Origin: Candidatus Nanohaloarchaea archaeon
Lineage (GTDB): Archaea > Nanohalarchaeota > Nanosalinia > Nanosalinales > Nanosalinaceae
Length of the DNA stretch: 64,000 bases
Direction: 5' to 3'
Assembly: GCA_042218325.1 (NCBI GenBank)
Contig: JBDGRE010000001.1
Location: 144,990 to 208,989, forward strand
Under the pieces are notes generated by a model. That model was not told where the DNA came from. It ran no database searches and saw nothing but the letters and a program-made list of their open reading frames with translations. Shown here piece after piece: positions 10,133 through 20,071 of this stretch. The position numbers and the translations under genes are program-made. Position 1 is the stretch's first letter, and every line of letters starts with the position of its first letter.

Positions 10133-10646
10133 GCTGGATGAGCGCCTGAGCACCGGCCAGACGTTTATGCCTGACTACTTCGCAAGTATAGTGGTTTTCA
10201 CTTTCCTGCTGATGATGTTTCTTTCAACCTGGAGCGCCGTGCTTGATAGCCAGTCATCTTTCGATGGTGCGGAGGCGATGAGGTTCAGGGCCCGCCACAC
10301 AACATCCTTCCTGGTTTCAATGCCGGGATATCCGGAGAAATGGGAGAAACCTGGCGTGGATGTCAGGATACCAGGGTTCGCGTCGACGGACCACGTTCTC
10401 CAGGAGTCGAAGCTTGAAGCCTTCAGGGATCTGAGCTACCGGGAGCAGAGCGAGATACTGCTTGCACGCGAGTTCTACATGAGTGTCAGGAACTCCACGG
10501 GTGTTATGCGGCTCAATGGGAAGCCTCTCGAGTTCGGCAAAAACTACTCTGGTGGCCGGACCGTCGTACCCATCACGCGCTCAGTTATGGTAAATCTTTC
10601 CGGAAACATGAGAACTGCGAAGCTGAGGTACGTGGTATGGAGATAG
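10122..10646 (+). CDS. pilin-like protein
   Basis: TG/QTFMPDYF (acidic residue near +5) then a hydrophobic helix; overlapping operon organisation. Confidence 0.7.
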   Translation: MPSKLDERLSTGQTFMPDYFASIVVFTFLLMMFLSTWSAVLDSQSSFDGAEAMRFRARHTTSFLVSMPGYPEKWEKPGVDVRIPGFASTDHVLQESKLEAFRDLSYREQSEILLAREFYMSVRNSTGVMRLNGKPLEFGKNYSGGRTVVPITRSVMVNLSGNMRTAKLRYVVWR

Positions 10647-12541
10647 CTTCTGGTTCCGGGTCAAGAAAAGGGTTCTACTTCTCATTCGATGCTTTCCTGG
10701 CGCTGGCAGTGATGTCTGCCTCGCTGCTCGTTGTGGCGCAGGCGTCTGATGGTTCGCTGGGAGCGTTCAAGGCGCACAGCATACAGTACCGTGAAGCCAG
10801 TCTCCTGGGCCAGGACGCTATGAAACTGGCCTCCGAGCAAACCTTCATGAGCTTCAATAACTCGTTCAGGCAGGACCTGGTGTCAGATACAGTTATGAAC
10901 AGGGACGACCTGGACAGGACGGTGCTCGACGGTGTATCGCTACTGTGGGCTGCCAGGAACTTCACCTATGCGCGTGAGGTGACCCGGAGGTACTTCGACC
11001 GCAGGCTTCCGGAAAGGTACGAGTACAGGTTGCAGGTAAACGAAGACGGGAACAGGACTATTATCTACAGCACAGGTGATATGCCGGATACACCTAGCGC
11101 GGTATCGAGCATCTCCCGGCTCGTCTCAGGGCATAAGATCGACAGGCCGAGCGAGGGTTTCCAGGCCCGTGCCCGAGCCACCTCTTTCACGAAGAATGGG
11201 ACCCGGATAGTATCGTTCCCGGCGATGGGTAACGCGTACAAGAACGGTAAGTTCGAGGTCAGGAAGGAGTTCAACCTCTCCGACATCGAGAAGATATGGA
11301 GCGGTACTTTCTACATCAACGTCGAGTACAACTCCGGCCAGTCAGTGGAGCAGTTCACGATCAACGGCGTGCAGAAGAAGACGGATATCGAGGAGATATA
11401 CGATAACGGTGATACGCTTTACGCAAAGGTTGATGTGACCGGTGAGCTGCAGGAGGGCAGGAACAGCATCTACCTGCGTATGAAGGGAGAGGCAAGCCAG
11501 AGCCAGCCTAACGAGTTCCAGCCGGGCACCATGCTCAGGGTGAAGTACAGGAGGGATGGATTCGCGCCGGTCAAGAGGACAAGGCGGCACAGGAGGATCT
11601 ACTTCGAGAACCTCACTGCTTCGACACCGGGTGGCGAGGCAGGAATTTTCAAGGTGGAGAGCTTTGAGCTCCCGAAAGGAGCTGACCTCGTAAACGCGTC
11701 TATCCATCTGGACGCACGCGGTATCAGCAGCTCCAGCTGCGGCTACAACGGCTGGTGGGTTGACTACGACTGGGACGTGAAAACCATATTCAACGGAGAG
11801 GTTCTGGACGAGACCTGCGCGTCGGGCAGGTTCGAGAGGGAGTACATCCTGAATGAATCTAATGTGGACCCTGGTACCAACGTCTTTACCACCTACATCG
11901 AGAACTACGGGAACACGTTCTGGGGGAGCGATGAAGTAGGCATCTACTCCGACTTTGAAACCAGCAGGTCATCGCACATCGATGTCTGGTACAACGTTTC
12001 AGGGGATAACCTCAAGTTCGGACAGATAAAGGTGACTGCCTCGGAGAAGATGGGTGGTGGAGTGGAGGAACCCAAGGTGTATGAGAAAAGCTTTAATCAC
12101 GGTGAGCTCTCAGGTTCTGAGGTTTACATCGCTCAGAAGTACAGCAACACGGTGCACCTGGAGGTTGACAATGGCACAGGTTACACCAGGATCTTCCAGT
12201 CACCGGGTGTCAGGGCGTCGCCGACCCGCATAACTGTACCGGATGACTACTACAGCAGGCGAAGCCTGAACCGCGTGCGCTTATCGGATTCAGGGCCGGA
12301 TATCATAAAGTTCTATCCTGAATCGACGTTCCAGTGGACGGTCTGGGCTCCTTCGCAGGTCGGCTACGGCCCGCTGTTCGAAAACCGTACAGCCGCTGTC
12401 GAGGACGCTAGAGAGCGGCTGAAGGATGCCCTGGGACCTTTCGTGGATGCGACAGGTATCTCCCAGGATACCTTATCTACAGGAGACCAGCCGTATCTCT
12501 GGGGTCCTGCGTCTATCAAGCTGGTGATATGGCGTGAGTAG
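10637..12541 (+). CDS. large pilin-like protein (possible tip adhesin)
   Basis: RKG/FYFSFDAFLALAV class III-like signal; 634 aa beta-rich body. Confidence 0.72.
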   Translation: MEIASGSGSRKGFYFSFDAFLALAVMSASLLVVAQASDGSLGAFKAHSIQYREASLLGQDAMKLASEQTFMSFNNSFRQDLVSDTVMNRDDLDRTVLDGVSLLWAARNFTYAREVTRRYFDRRLPERYEYRLQVNEDGNRTIIYSTGDMPDTPSAVSSISRLVSGHKIDRPSEGFQARARATSFTKNGTRIVSFPAMGNAYKNGKFEVRKEFNLSDIEKIWSGTFYINVEYNSGQSVEQFTINGVQKKTDIEEIYDNGDTLYAKVDVTGELQEGRNSIYLRMKGEASQSQPNEFQPGTMLRVKYRRDGFAPVKRTRRHRRIYFENLTASTPGGEAGIFKVESFELPKGADLVNASIHLDARGISSSSCGYNGWWVDYDWDVKTIFNGEVLDETCASGRFEREYILNESNVDPGTNVFTTYIENYGNTFWGSDEVGIYSDFETSRSSHIDVWYNVSGDNLKFGQIKVTASEKMGGGVEEPKVYEKSFNHGELSGSEVYIAQKYSNTVHLEVDNGTGYTRIFQSPGVRASPTRITVPDDYYSRRSLNRVRLSDSGPDIIKFYPESTFQWTVWAPSQVGYGPLFENRTAAVEDARERLKDALGPFVDATGISQDTLSTGDQPYLWGPASIKLVIWRE

Positions 12542-13775
12542 TTCGAAGACCGAGAGCATCCCCGCGGATTGTACTGGAACAGGGCGGAAGGGTATGGTAT
12601 ACACCAGTTTCGCGTTGATGGCCTCAAGTCTTATCCTGATGCTTGTCCTGGCACCGTCAGCCGAGGATCTGGGCACAAGTTCAGGTGATGCAGCGCGTAT
12701 CTCCGAGGCGTCTTTCTTCCTTGAATCAGTGCTGGCTGACATGGACCGCTCGTTATCCATAGCCACCCGCCGGGCTCTTACAGGAGCAACCAACTACGTT
12801 ATCGAGAACGGTGAGCCGCTGGTTGACCCGGGTGAGAATCTCACATCCGCCATGGTGAATGGAACGATATCCGGGCAGGAACTGAACGCTACAGGCGATG
12901 CCTCGCTTTCGGTCTGGACCAGGAGGGTAGGCCGGATAGCGCAGAACTCGGGATACAGAGTCAAGATAGATATAAGGGATTACTCCTTCAATCCGTCAGG
13001 CCTCGACGTGGCATCTTCCTACTCGGTCAGGGCATCGCTCTATGACCCTGCCACGCTAGTCCGGCTTAACCGTTCCAGGACCTCTCACGTGGAGGTATCG
13101 GCCTCGGGACTTGAAGACACGATGCTTCTTCTCCGCTCCGTAGGTCGGTACACGAACCAGTACACCCGGTGCAGGTTCGATGATCCTGCCGACAGGCTTT
13201 ACACCGGTACAGGAACAGGGACTGCGCATGGTCTTGCCGCAGTCAATCCTGCTGACGCCTCTTCAGTGAGCAACAGTGGCGAAAAGGTGCTGGTTGCGGA
13301 TGATATAGATAGCTACGCGGTCTCTGATGTGAACACCTTTGCGGGTGCTGTCTCGGCTCAACCGAACTCTACCACCGGGTACACCGTTCCACGGGTGTTC
13401 GATACCGGGTCCATCGCCGGTGTGAAGCAGAACATGTCGCTCGTACTTCACTCCGGTGAGGTCTGGAGAACCGGCTTCAGGAGCATGTTCCAGGACGGCT
13501 GCTACGTCGAAACGGTGAGAGGGCCAGATGTCATGGACCGGTTTGAGAACGAACTGGTAAACGAGCCGGGTGAAACCGGGATCGCGACTCTCCTTGAATT
13601 GCCGCGACTACCACCCTCGCTCCAGCGGACAGGATCCGCGGTCGGTTATGTCTACTTCAACGGTACCGGATACGGCGGATTGAATGAGGTAAGTGGAGTG
13701 AGCGGAGAGTATCCATGGTTCCGGCTGGACGATTACCACGTGGACCTGTGGGGCCTGGAGCCGCTGGCGCATTAA
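12534..13775 (+). CDS. pilin-like / pilus-associated protein
   Basis: RKG/MVYTSFALM then a hydrophobic helix; last gene of the operon, followed by an A-rich tract. Confidence 0.7.
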   Translation: MSSSKTESIPADCTGTGRKGMVYTSFALMASSLILMLVLAPSAEDLGTSSGDAARISEASFFLESVLADMDRSLSIATRRALTGATNYVIENGEPLVDPGENLTSAMVNGTISGQELNATGDASLSVWTRRVGRIAQNSGYRVKIDIRDYSFNPSGLDVASSYSVRASLYDPATLVRLNRSRTSHVEVSASGLEDTMLLLRSVGRYTNQYTRCRFDDPADRLYTGTGTGTAHGLAAVNPADASSVSNSGEKVLVADDIDSYAVSDVNTFAGAVSAQPNSTTGYTVPRVFDTGSIAGVKQNMSLVLHSGEVWRTGFRSMFQDGCYVETVRGPDVMDRFENELVNEPGETGIATLLELPRLPPSLQRTGSAVGYVYFNGTGYGGLNEVSGVSGEYPWFRLDDYHVDLWGLEPLAH

Positions 13776-13804
13776 AAATAAGAAAAAAAGTGGGTTTGAA
13801 GGGA

Positions 13805-14251
13805 CTAGCTGGACATCTTGTCCTTGATGGTGCCAGATACCTGCTGGGCTACACCTGCCGTGTACTCGATTTCTACATCGTAGCTGGTGCATGCGTCCGA
13901 ACTGGTGATGGCTGGGAACGAGACTGAAGTCGTATCTCCCGCCCGTAGAGTGGTTCCTATGCCTGTCTGGCTAGCGATTGATGTCCCATCACTGGTGATG
14001 TTCACAGCGTTGAGCGTGACCTGCTCTCGCTTGTTGTTCTTGATCTGCAGGTTGAGCCCGGTATCCGTTGCACCGAACTCTGCGATGGCAACCGGAGTGG
14101 AGGCTAGACCGTTCTGCTTGGAGCACTGTCCCCTCACGGTTGCGAAAATCGCTCCGCCTACGATGGCTACTACGAGAAGCATCCATCCGTAGGTCATCAG
14201 GTACTCGATCGCTGACTGTCCCTTGCGTCTGTGGAAACTGGTTGATTTCAT
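13805..14251 (-). CDS. type IV pilin (class III signal peptide), candidate major pilin
   Basis: RRKG/QSAIEYLMTYGWMLLVVAIVGGAIF; one Cys pair; own TATA upstream; T-tract terminator. Confidence 0.88.
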   Translation of the reverse strand: MKSTSFHRRKGQSAIEYLMTYGWMLLVVAIVGGAIFATVRGQCSKQNGLASTPVAIAEFGATDTGLNLQIKNNKREQVTLNAVNITSDGTSIASQTGIGTTLRAGDTTSVSFPAITSSDACTSYDVEIEYTAGVAQQVSGTIKDKMSS

Positions 14252-14342
14252 CAGGTTTTACACCCGAGCATATGCCTAAATACGCGAGGCCTTTATAAAA
14301 AAGGTTGTACTGTTTGCCGGGAAGAGGGACTCAATTCCTCTG

Positions 14343-15323
14343 CTACGAGAAGCCGCCCATAACGGATGCGAGCGCGCCCTTTATGATGAAGAACAGGATC
14401 AGGGACACTGCTATCATCGGGGGTATGTACTTCGCGCCTTCCTTGACGTTCGCGTTCTTTATCTGCGAGATTATCAGCGCCGAAAAGAAGTTGATGACGA
14501 TTATCGCCATGACGGAGAACTGCTCGAAGAACGCCGTGTTGACCTGTGGTTTCTGGAAGGTCAGGCCCAGCTGGCCTCCTGTCTGCAGGTCGCCGATGTT
14601 CGTGCCTGCCCACATCTCCGCTGTCGTCTGGGACATGTAGACTGATATGGAGAAAAGCAGTGGGGCACCTATGACCGCGGCCATCACTATGAATATGACG
14701 TACATACGGATGTTGGAGTTGATCTCTTCTCTCAGCTCCATGGAGTTCCTGATGTCGTCTGCGCTGGATTCGAGGAGTTCGGCCGAGTTCCCACCCGCCT
14801 CGAGCCCGTCTATCAGCAGCTTTATGGTCTCCTTGAACAGGCCTGACTTGACCCTGTACTCCAGGTCGTCCAGCGCCTCCTCGACCGGTTTGCCTCCGAA
14901 CATCTGCATCGCCGTCGTCCTAAGCTCTTCCGCAAGCGGCCCGAACTCATCTCTCGCGCTCAGGAGGAACGCCTTCTCGATGTTGAGACCGGATTTCATG
15001 TTCGCGCTTATTAGAAGTAAAGCGTCCGGGAGGACGTTCTCCATCTCCTTCCGTCTCCTCTCCGCTGCTATCGAGACTATGACGTAGGGAACGAGCGGCG
15101 GTACCGTGACCAGGCCCAGACCCAGCAGCGCCACTTTCCACGCAAGGCTGTAAGGCAGCAGCATGGAGCCTATCAGGATCGCGGCGGCCACGGCGACCAT
15201 GCCATGAAGCACTATGCTCTCGTGGTTGTCCATCGAGGCGTAACGTGCCTCTCTTTCTACGCGGTCGCGGTATGCCTCCGGCAGTTTTTCGTAAATCCCT
15301 CTCTCGCTTACAGGTGTCTTCAT
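14343..15323 (-). CDS. type II secretion system F-family platform protein (TadB/TadC/PilC-like)
   Basis: LPDALLLISANMKSG and DEFGPLAEE motifs, several TMs; start at MKTPVSE overlapping the upstream stop. Confidence 0.88.
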   Translation of the reverse strand: MKTPVSERGIYEKLPEAYRDRVEREARYASMDNHESIVLHGMVAVAAAILIGSMLLPYSLAWKVALLGLGLVTVPPLVPYVIVSIAAERRRKEMENVLPDALLLISANMKSGLNIEKAFLLSARDEFGPLAEELRTTAMQMFGGKPVEEALDDLEYRVKSGLFKETIKLLIDGLEAGGNSAELLESSADDIRNSMELREEINSNIRMYVIFIVMAAVIGAPLLFSISVYMSQTTAEMWAGTNIGDLQTGGQLGLTFQKPQVNTAFFEQFSVMAIIVINFFSALIISQIKNANVKEGAKYIPPMIAVSLILFFIIKGALASVMGGFS

Positions 15324-16177
15324 CAGGTCTTCACCTCCGGTCTCTTGGACTTCACGAAGTTCAGGAAGAACAGCTGGAAAAGTATCAGGCCCACGATTAT
15401 CTGGTAGAACGTGAATTTGCCAAGGCTCACACCGGTGAACGTGGAGAGCACGATCATGAAAGTTACGCCGAGCGAAGGCACTATGACCGCTATCATAAGG
15501 TAGACGAGCACGTACGGGTTGAGCTCCTTGCCGTACCGCTTGACCTCCAGCTTCTGCTGCTTGACCATCGCCTCGACAAGCGAGTCCAGCGTGTGAGAGA
15601 TGTCGGTCCCGGACTTCAGCGCGTTTATCATCTGCCACATCGCTCTCCGGTACTGCGTACTCGGATTCCTCACGATGGAGTCCTCCAGCGCTTCTACCTG
15701 CGGCTTCCCGCCGTTGATATCCTTCACTATCCGGTTGAACTCCCTGGAGGCCTCCCCGTAGTCCTCGCTGACCGATACCATGGCCTCGTACAGCGAGATG
15801 CCAGAACGGACCTCGATAAGCATGTGTCGCAGTGCGTACGGCAGGTCCCGCTCCAGTTTCCGTGACCGCTTCTTGGCTTTTACCTTCGGGTAGTTCGCGA
15901 ACGAGAGGAATCCGAAGAAGGACAGCAGCGGCGCTCCTATAAGGGAACCTATCATTATCTGTCTCTGCCCCGTCGAGAAACCGAAGGCGAGCAGCGCCAG
16001 CGTTATGGTGCCTCCTATCTGAAGGCCGCGGAAAAGAGCCGACGCGAGGAATATATCTGGATCGGTGTCTATACGGGCTCTCGTCAGGTCTCGCTGCACG
16101 TTGGGGACCAGTTTCTTCAGCCTCTGTGCGGCCGGGAGCAGGGGCTGTATGTATCTGTCCGAGACACGGAGATCCAT
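15323..16177 (-). CDS. type II secretion system F-family platform protein (TadB/TadC/PilC-like)
   Basis: LPYALRHMLIEVRSGISLYEAM, YGEASREF, PSLGVT; start placed at MDLRVSD. Confidence 0.88.
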   Translation of the reverse strand: MDLRVSDRYIQPLLPAAQRLKKLVPNVQRDLTRARIDTDPDIFLASALFRGLQIGGTITLALLAFGFSTGQRQIMIGSLIGAPLLSFFGFLSFANYPKVKAKKRSRKLERDLPYALRHMLIEVRSGISLYEAMVSVSEDYGEASREFNRIVKDINGGKPQVEALEDSIVRNPSTQYRRAMWQMINALKSGTDISHTLDSLVEAMVKQQKLEVKRYGKELNPYVLVYLMIAVIVPSLGVTFMIVLSTFTGVSLGKFTFYQIIVGLILFQLFFLNFVKSKRPEVKT

Positions 16178-16257
16178 CTTAAGAGTTTTTTCTGGAGGCT
16201 CGAATAAAAAGTAGCCCGGCAAATCGTTTTTTATACCAGCGCCGGGAACACTGGAAC

Positions 16258-16578
16258 ATGAACGGTTTCAACCTTTTCCTGGAGTTCGTGGCCCTTATAC
16301 TGTCCATATCCTCCCTCGGGCTGATATACATCGCCATAAGGGAATGCAGCGAGTCCCAGTTTGTGCCGATTTATTACTTCCTCGCGCTCAGCTCCGGCGG
16401 TGTGGCAGTCCTTTCCCTGGCCCGGATAGAGGCGATGTTCTGGGGGAACGGTTTCGTCGTGTCATCGGCTCTCCTGCAGGATCTTTTCATCTCGTATATC
16501 GCGCTGTTCCTGTTCGGCTCGCTCTGGCAGAGCTACGAGGCAGAGATGTGCGTGCCAAGGTTCGTCGACAGCGACTAG
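16258..16578 (+). CDS. small 3-TM membrane protein
   Basis: Three hydrophobic helices; TTTTATA ~25 nt upstream. Confidence 0.65.
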   Translation: MNGFNLFLEFVALILSISSLGLIYIAIRECSESQFVPIYYFLALSSGGVAVLSLARIEAMFWGNGFVVSSALLQDLFISYIALFLFGSLWQSYEAEMCVPRFVDSD

Positions 16579-18191
16579 TCCTCGATGACGGGTGCGGGGT
16601 CAGAGCCCTCCTCTGCGAGCGTTACTATCTCTTCCGGATCGGAGTAGTACTCTGCTATGACCTTGCCGACGGTGTCGACCTCGTTAATCTCCTTGTCTTC
16701 CATCCACTCCAGTACAGTTTTCTTTTCCTCGAGGTTCTTGTCTATCTCTTCGCGGCTCATACCGGTGTGGAGGTTCAATGTACTGTATATCTGCTGTGAT
16801 TCCTGCTTCTTCTCGACCTCGTCCTCCTTCGACTGCCACTCGTAGATGACGTTGGCATGGACCTCGTCTTCCTCGTTCTCACCTATCTCCGCTACTTCCA
16901 TCACGCGGCGGAAGTTCCTCCTCCTGTCGCGGAACATGACCACGTTGACATCGACCGCGTCGACCATGGTCTTCGGTACGTCGATGGGCGGGTTCACCAG
17001 CCTCCGCACGGTCTGCTCCGCGGTGTCGGCGTGGAGAGTGGAGTAGACGGAGTGGCCGGTGTGCATCGCCTCGAACAGTACCTCGGCCTGCTGCTTCTTC
17101 CTTATCTCTCCTACAAGGATGCGGTCGGGACGCATACGGAGCGCGTTGACAAGCAGGTCAAGCATCGAAACACCGCCTTTTCCTTCCGGGTTCGGCTCCC
17201 GCGTGGTCAGCGGCACCCAGTGCAGGAAGTTCGGCAGCGAGACCTCACGCGTGTCCTCGATGGACAGCACGCGCTGGTTCGGAGGTATGAACGGCATAAG
17301 CACGTTCAACAGCGAGGTCTTTCCGGCGCCGGTACCTCCCGAGACTATGACGTTGAGCTCGTACTGGAGGCACAGCCACAGGAAGGCCGCGACCTCCCTG
17401 GTGATGGTCCCGTTCTGTATGAAGTCGGTTATCGTCCAGGGATCCCGCGCGAACTTACGTATGGTTATAGTGTTGCCCTGCGTCGAGATGGGGTACAGCG
17501 TCGCGTTCGTCCTGTCTCCCGAGGGCAGGTGCGCGTCGAGCAGCGGATGCAGGGAGGATATGTTCTTCCCTACCCGGCGGCCGATCTCGGAGGCGTAGTT
17601 GTAGACCTGGTCCTCGTCGTCGAACTCGATATCCGTCTTCATCCAGCCGAGCTCCTTGTGGTACACCCAGGCCGGTTCCTGGGAGGAGTTGATGACTATC
17701 TCCTCGAGGTGCTGGTCGTTCAGCAGTAACTCGATATCGCCGAGCCCCAGCATCTCGTGGATAAGATTGCCTATCAGTATCTGTTTCACGCGTTCCTCTG
17801 TGGCGGGAAGCTCCTCTTCGAGCTGCGCCATGGCCTGGTCCCTGAACTTCTGCTTGACGTTCTCCAGCTCCTTCGCATTGACGAACTCCTCCGTCGAGAG
17901 ATTTACCTCTCGGACAACCTGCTCCTTGAGGTCGCTGAGGACGGCCTCCGTCGCAGTCCGTATCTCCGGCCTCTGCACCTGGTACGTCAGGACGTACTCT
18001 TCTTCCTCGTCAAGTATCTTTACTCTCGCCGGTACACCGTCGGCCTCCACCTCGTACTCGTCCTCGAGCTCGGATTCTGTCTCGTCTTCACCAGACCTTT
18101 CGACTGCTTCTATACCTTTATCGTCGTCCGGCTCTCGCCCTTCCTCTGTCTCCTGCTGGTTCACCCGAGGCCTGTCGCTTCCATCACTCAT
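16575..18191 (-). CDS. type II/IV secretion ATPase (TadA/FlaI/PilB-like)
   Basis: Walker A GGTGAGKT, SIEDTRE, ALRMRPDRILVGEIR, His box HTGH...STLHA. Confidence 0.95.
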   Translation of the reverse strand: MSDGSDRPRVNQQETEEGREPDDDKGIEAVERSGEDETESELEDEYEVEADGVPARVKILDEEEEYVLTYQVQRPEIRTATEAVLSDLKEQVVREVNLSTEEFVNAKELENVKQKFRDQAMAQLEEELPATEERVKQILIGNLIHEMLGLGDIELLLNDQHLEEIVINSSQEPAWVYHKELGWMKTDIEFDDEDQVYNYASEIGRRVGKNISSLHPLLDAHLPSGDRTNATLYPISTQGNTITIRKFARDPWTITDFIQNGTITREVAAFLWLCLQYELNVIVSGGTGAGKTSLLNVLMPFIPPNQRVLSIEDTREVSLPNFLHWVPLTTREPNPEGKGGVSMLDLLVNALRMRPDRILVGEIRKKQQAEVLFEAMHTGHSVYSTLHADTAEQTVRRLVNPPIDVPKTMVDAVDVNVVMFRDRRRNFRRVMEVAEIGENEEDEVHANVIYEWQSKEDEVEKKQESQQIYSTLNLHTGMSREEIDKNLEEKKTVLEWMEDKEINEVDTVGKVIAEYYSDPEEIVTLAEEGSDPAPVIED

Positions 18192-19083
18192 CTTTCCTGT
18201 CCTCCAGCCATCTCAGCAGCGTTTCACGGTTCTTACCCTGTTCTTCGAGTTCTATTACCCTTTCGTAGTCAGGGGAATCCATGTCCGCTATGTCCTCTTT
18301 CGCCTCCTCTACAGTTCCCTCAAGCGCCCGCCTGTACCGGCTCTTGCCGACGAGACCCTTTAGCCTGGATTTGAACGACGCGAAGATACCCCTGGCTTCC
18401 TCTTCCTCCTCTTCGAGGTCTTTCAGCTGTTCCTCGAACTCTTCAGCCGTCTCTGCATGCTTCTCCAGCTTCTTCATCGCCTTGATCTTTTTCCGTACCT
18501 CGTCTTTCTCCTGCTCGAACTCTTCCGCTTTTTCCTCCGCCTCCTCTATCCTTTCGAGCGCGGAATCAATCTTGGATAACAGGTTAACCGAACGGGAACG
18601 CAGTTTCTCCTCTTTCTCGGCCTGCTGCGACAGCTCGTTCTCGAGCTCCTCTTCCAGGTCTTCCAGTTTTTCGAGCTTCTCCTTGACATCTTCCTCTTTC
18701 TCCCGGTTGTCCTCAAGCTCTTCCGCCATCTCCTTGAGATTTTCCCGGGCCTCCTGTATCTCGCTGCCTTTTTGTTCGAGCTCCCCCTCTACTTCTGCCG
18801 TCTTCTGCTCTACTTTTTCTCTTATCTCATCGAGTTTTTCCTCGGCCGCCTCCTTGTTCTGCTTCGTGTATTCAAGTATCATGCCCTGTCTCGCCGAGTA
18901 CTCCTTCTCGACGAAATCGCTTTCATCGAGGGCCTTGGCCCACTCCTTTATACGGTCCTCAGAGACACCGAGGTCTTCCGATATCTTCGACACGGTGGCT
19001 TTCTGGTTCTCTGCAAGGTAGTTGAGGAGCGTGTCCACCCCGGTCTCTATAACAAGGTCTTCCCAGTCGTCGTCCTCGGCCAT
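18184..19083 (-). CDS. winged-helix plus coiled-coil protein
   Basis: N-terminal HTH (ATVSKISEDLGVSEDRIKEWAKAL), long E/K heptad region, C-terminal 'TVEEAK...EEQGKNRETLL' module; overlaps the ATPase start. Confidence 0.75.
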   Translation of the reverse strand: MAEDDDWEDLVIETGVDTLLNYLAENQKATVSKISEDLGVSEDRIKEWAKALDESDFVEKEYSARQGMILEYTKQNKEAAEEKLDEIREKVEQKTAEVEGELEQKGSEIQEARENLKEMAEELEDNREKEEDVKEKLEKLEDLEEELENELSQQAEKEEKLRSRSVNLLSKIDSALERIEEAEEKAEEFEQEKDEVRKKIKAMKKLEKHAETAEEFEEQLKDLEEEEEEARGIFASFKSRLKGLVGKSRYRRALEGTVEEAKEDIADMDSPDYERVIELEEQGKNRETLLRWLEDRKDE

Positions 19084-19126
19084 CAGAACAGTATAGTTTT
19101 AACTCCATCCGGTTTTAAAGACTGTT

Positions 19127-20071
19127 ATGTTCGTGATTTTCTCCCATATACTGGCGTTCTCCACGCTTTTCGTCGCCGCCATCTCCGACCTCAAGACCAC
19201 GGATGTGCCGGATATCTTCGGGGTCGCGGGAGTGATAGGAGGCGTATCGCTTCACGCCGCGCAGGCGTACACAACTGGGTCCATCGACCCGCTTCTCTGG
19301 AGTATAGGCGCAGGTACAGTTTTCTCTCTCTACGGCTGGGGCGCGTACCTCCTCGGTATGTGGGGAGGTGCTGACGCGTTTGCCATGTCGGTGCTCGGGT
19401 TCGCGGCACCTTATTCCACAGGAGGGCCGGGGTACGTCCACGGCCTGAACCTTTTCGTCAACATTATGCTGCTCGGCTTCGTTTACTCGCTGCTGTTCGC
19501 GGCCTACAAGGCTTTCCAGGCGGGCGGAGTCGTAGCGGGTACGGTTGAAAGGATACAGGAGCAGGAGAGGCGTATAGCCCTGGAGCTGCTGGCGGCAGGT
19601 GCGGCCTCCGCTTTCCTCCAGGTCATGGGGATGAGCGGGTTCGTCTACTTCGGCGCCATGGTTTTTCTGGTCTTCATTTACAGGTTCTTCCTGGTGCTGC
19701 AGGAAGATGCCATGTCGGTCGAGAAACCGGTGCAGGAGTTAGAGCCGGGTGCTGTCATAGATCTTGAAGGGGTCGATATCAGTGTCGCCCGGGAGGAGAA
19801 CCTGCTCGGGAGGTTCCTTGGAAGGCTCGGCTCCGGTGCGCGGAGAACAGGTTTCGCCCGGGCCGGTGCCTACATGGAGAGGATGGAGGAGAGGATGGGT
19901 TATCCAGAGGTAGTCGGGGTAAGGGAGGAGGAGATAGAGAAACTGCAGGATGAAGGTGTCGAAAAGGTTGGTGTAAAGACCGGTGCGCGTTTCGTCCCTG
20001 TTTTCCCTGCCGCGCTGTTCGTCACAGATGTTTTCGGTGGCGGCGTACTGCTACTCCTCGCCCTGTTCTAG
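19127..20071 (+). CDS. prepilin peptidase (A24 family)
   Basis: Catalytic Asp motifs AAISDLKT and WGGADA, C-terminal RFVPVF, multi-TM. Confidence 0.88.
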   Translation: MFVIFSHILAFSTLFVAAISDLKTTDVPDIFGVAGVIGGVSLHAAQAYTTGSIDPLLWSIGAGTVFSLYGWGAYLLGMWGGADAFAMSVLGFAAPYSTGGPGYVHGLNLFVNIMLLGFVYSLLFAAYKAFQAGGVVAGTVERIQEQERRIALELLAAGAASAFLQVMGMSGFVYFGAMVFLVFIYRFFLVLQEDAMSVEKPVQELEPGAVIDLEGVDISVAREENLLGRFLGRLGSGARRTGFARAGAYMERMEERMGYPEVVGVREEEIEKLQDEGVEKVGVKTGARFVPVFPAALFVTDVFGGGVLLLLALF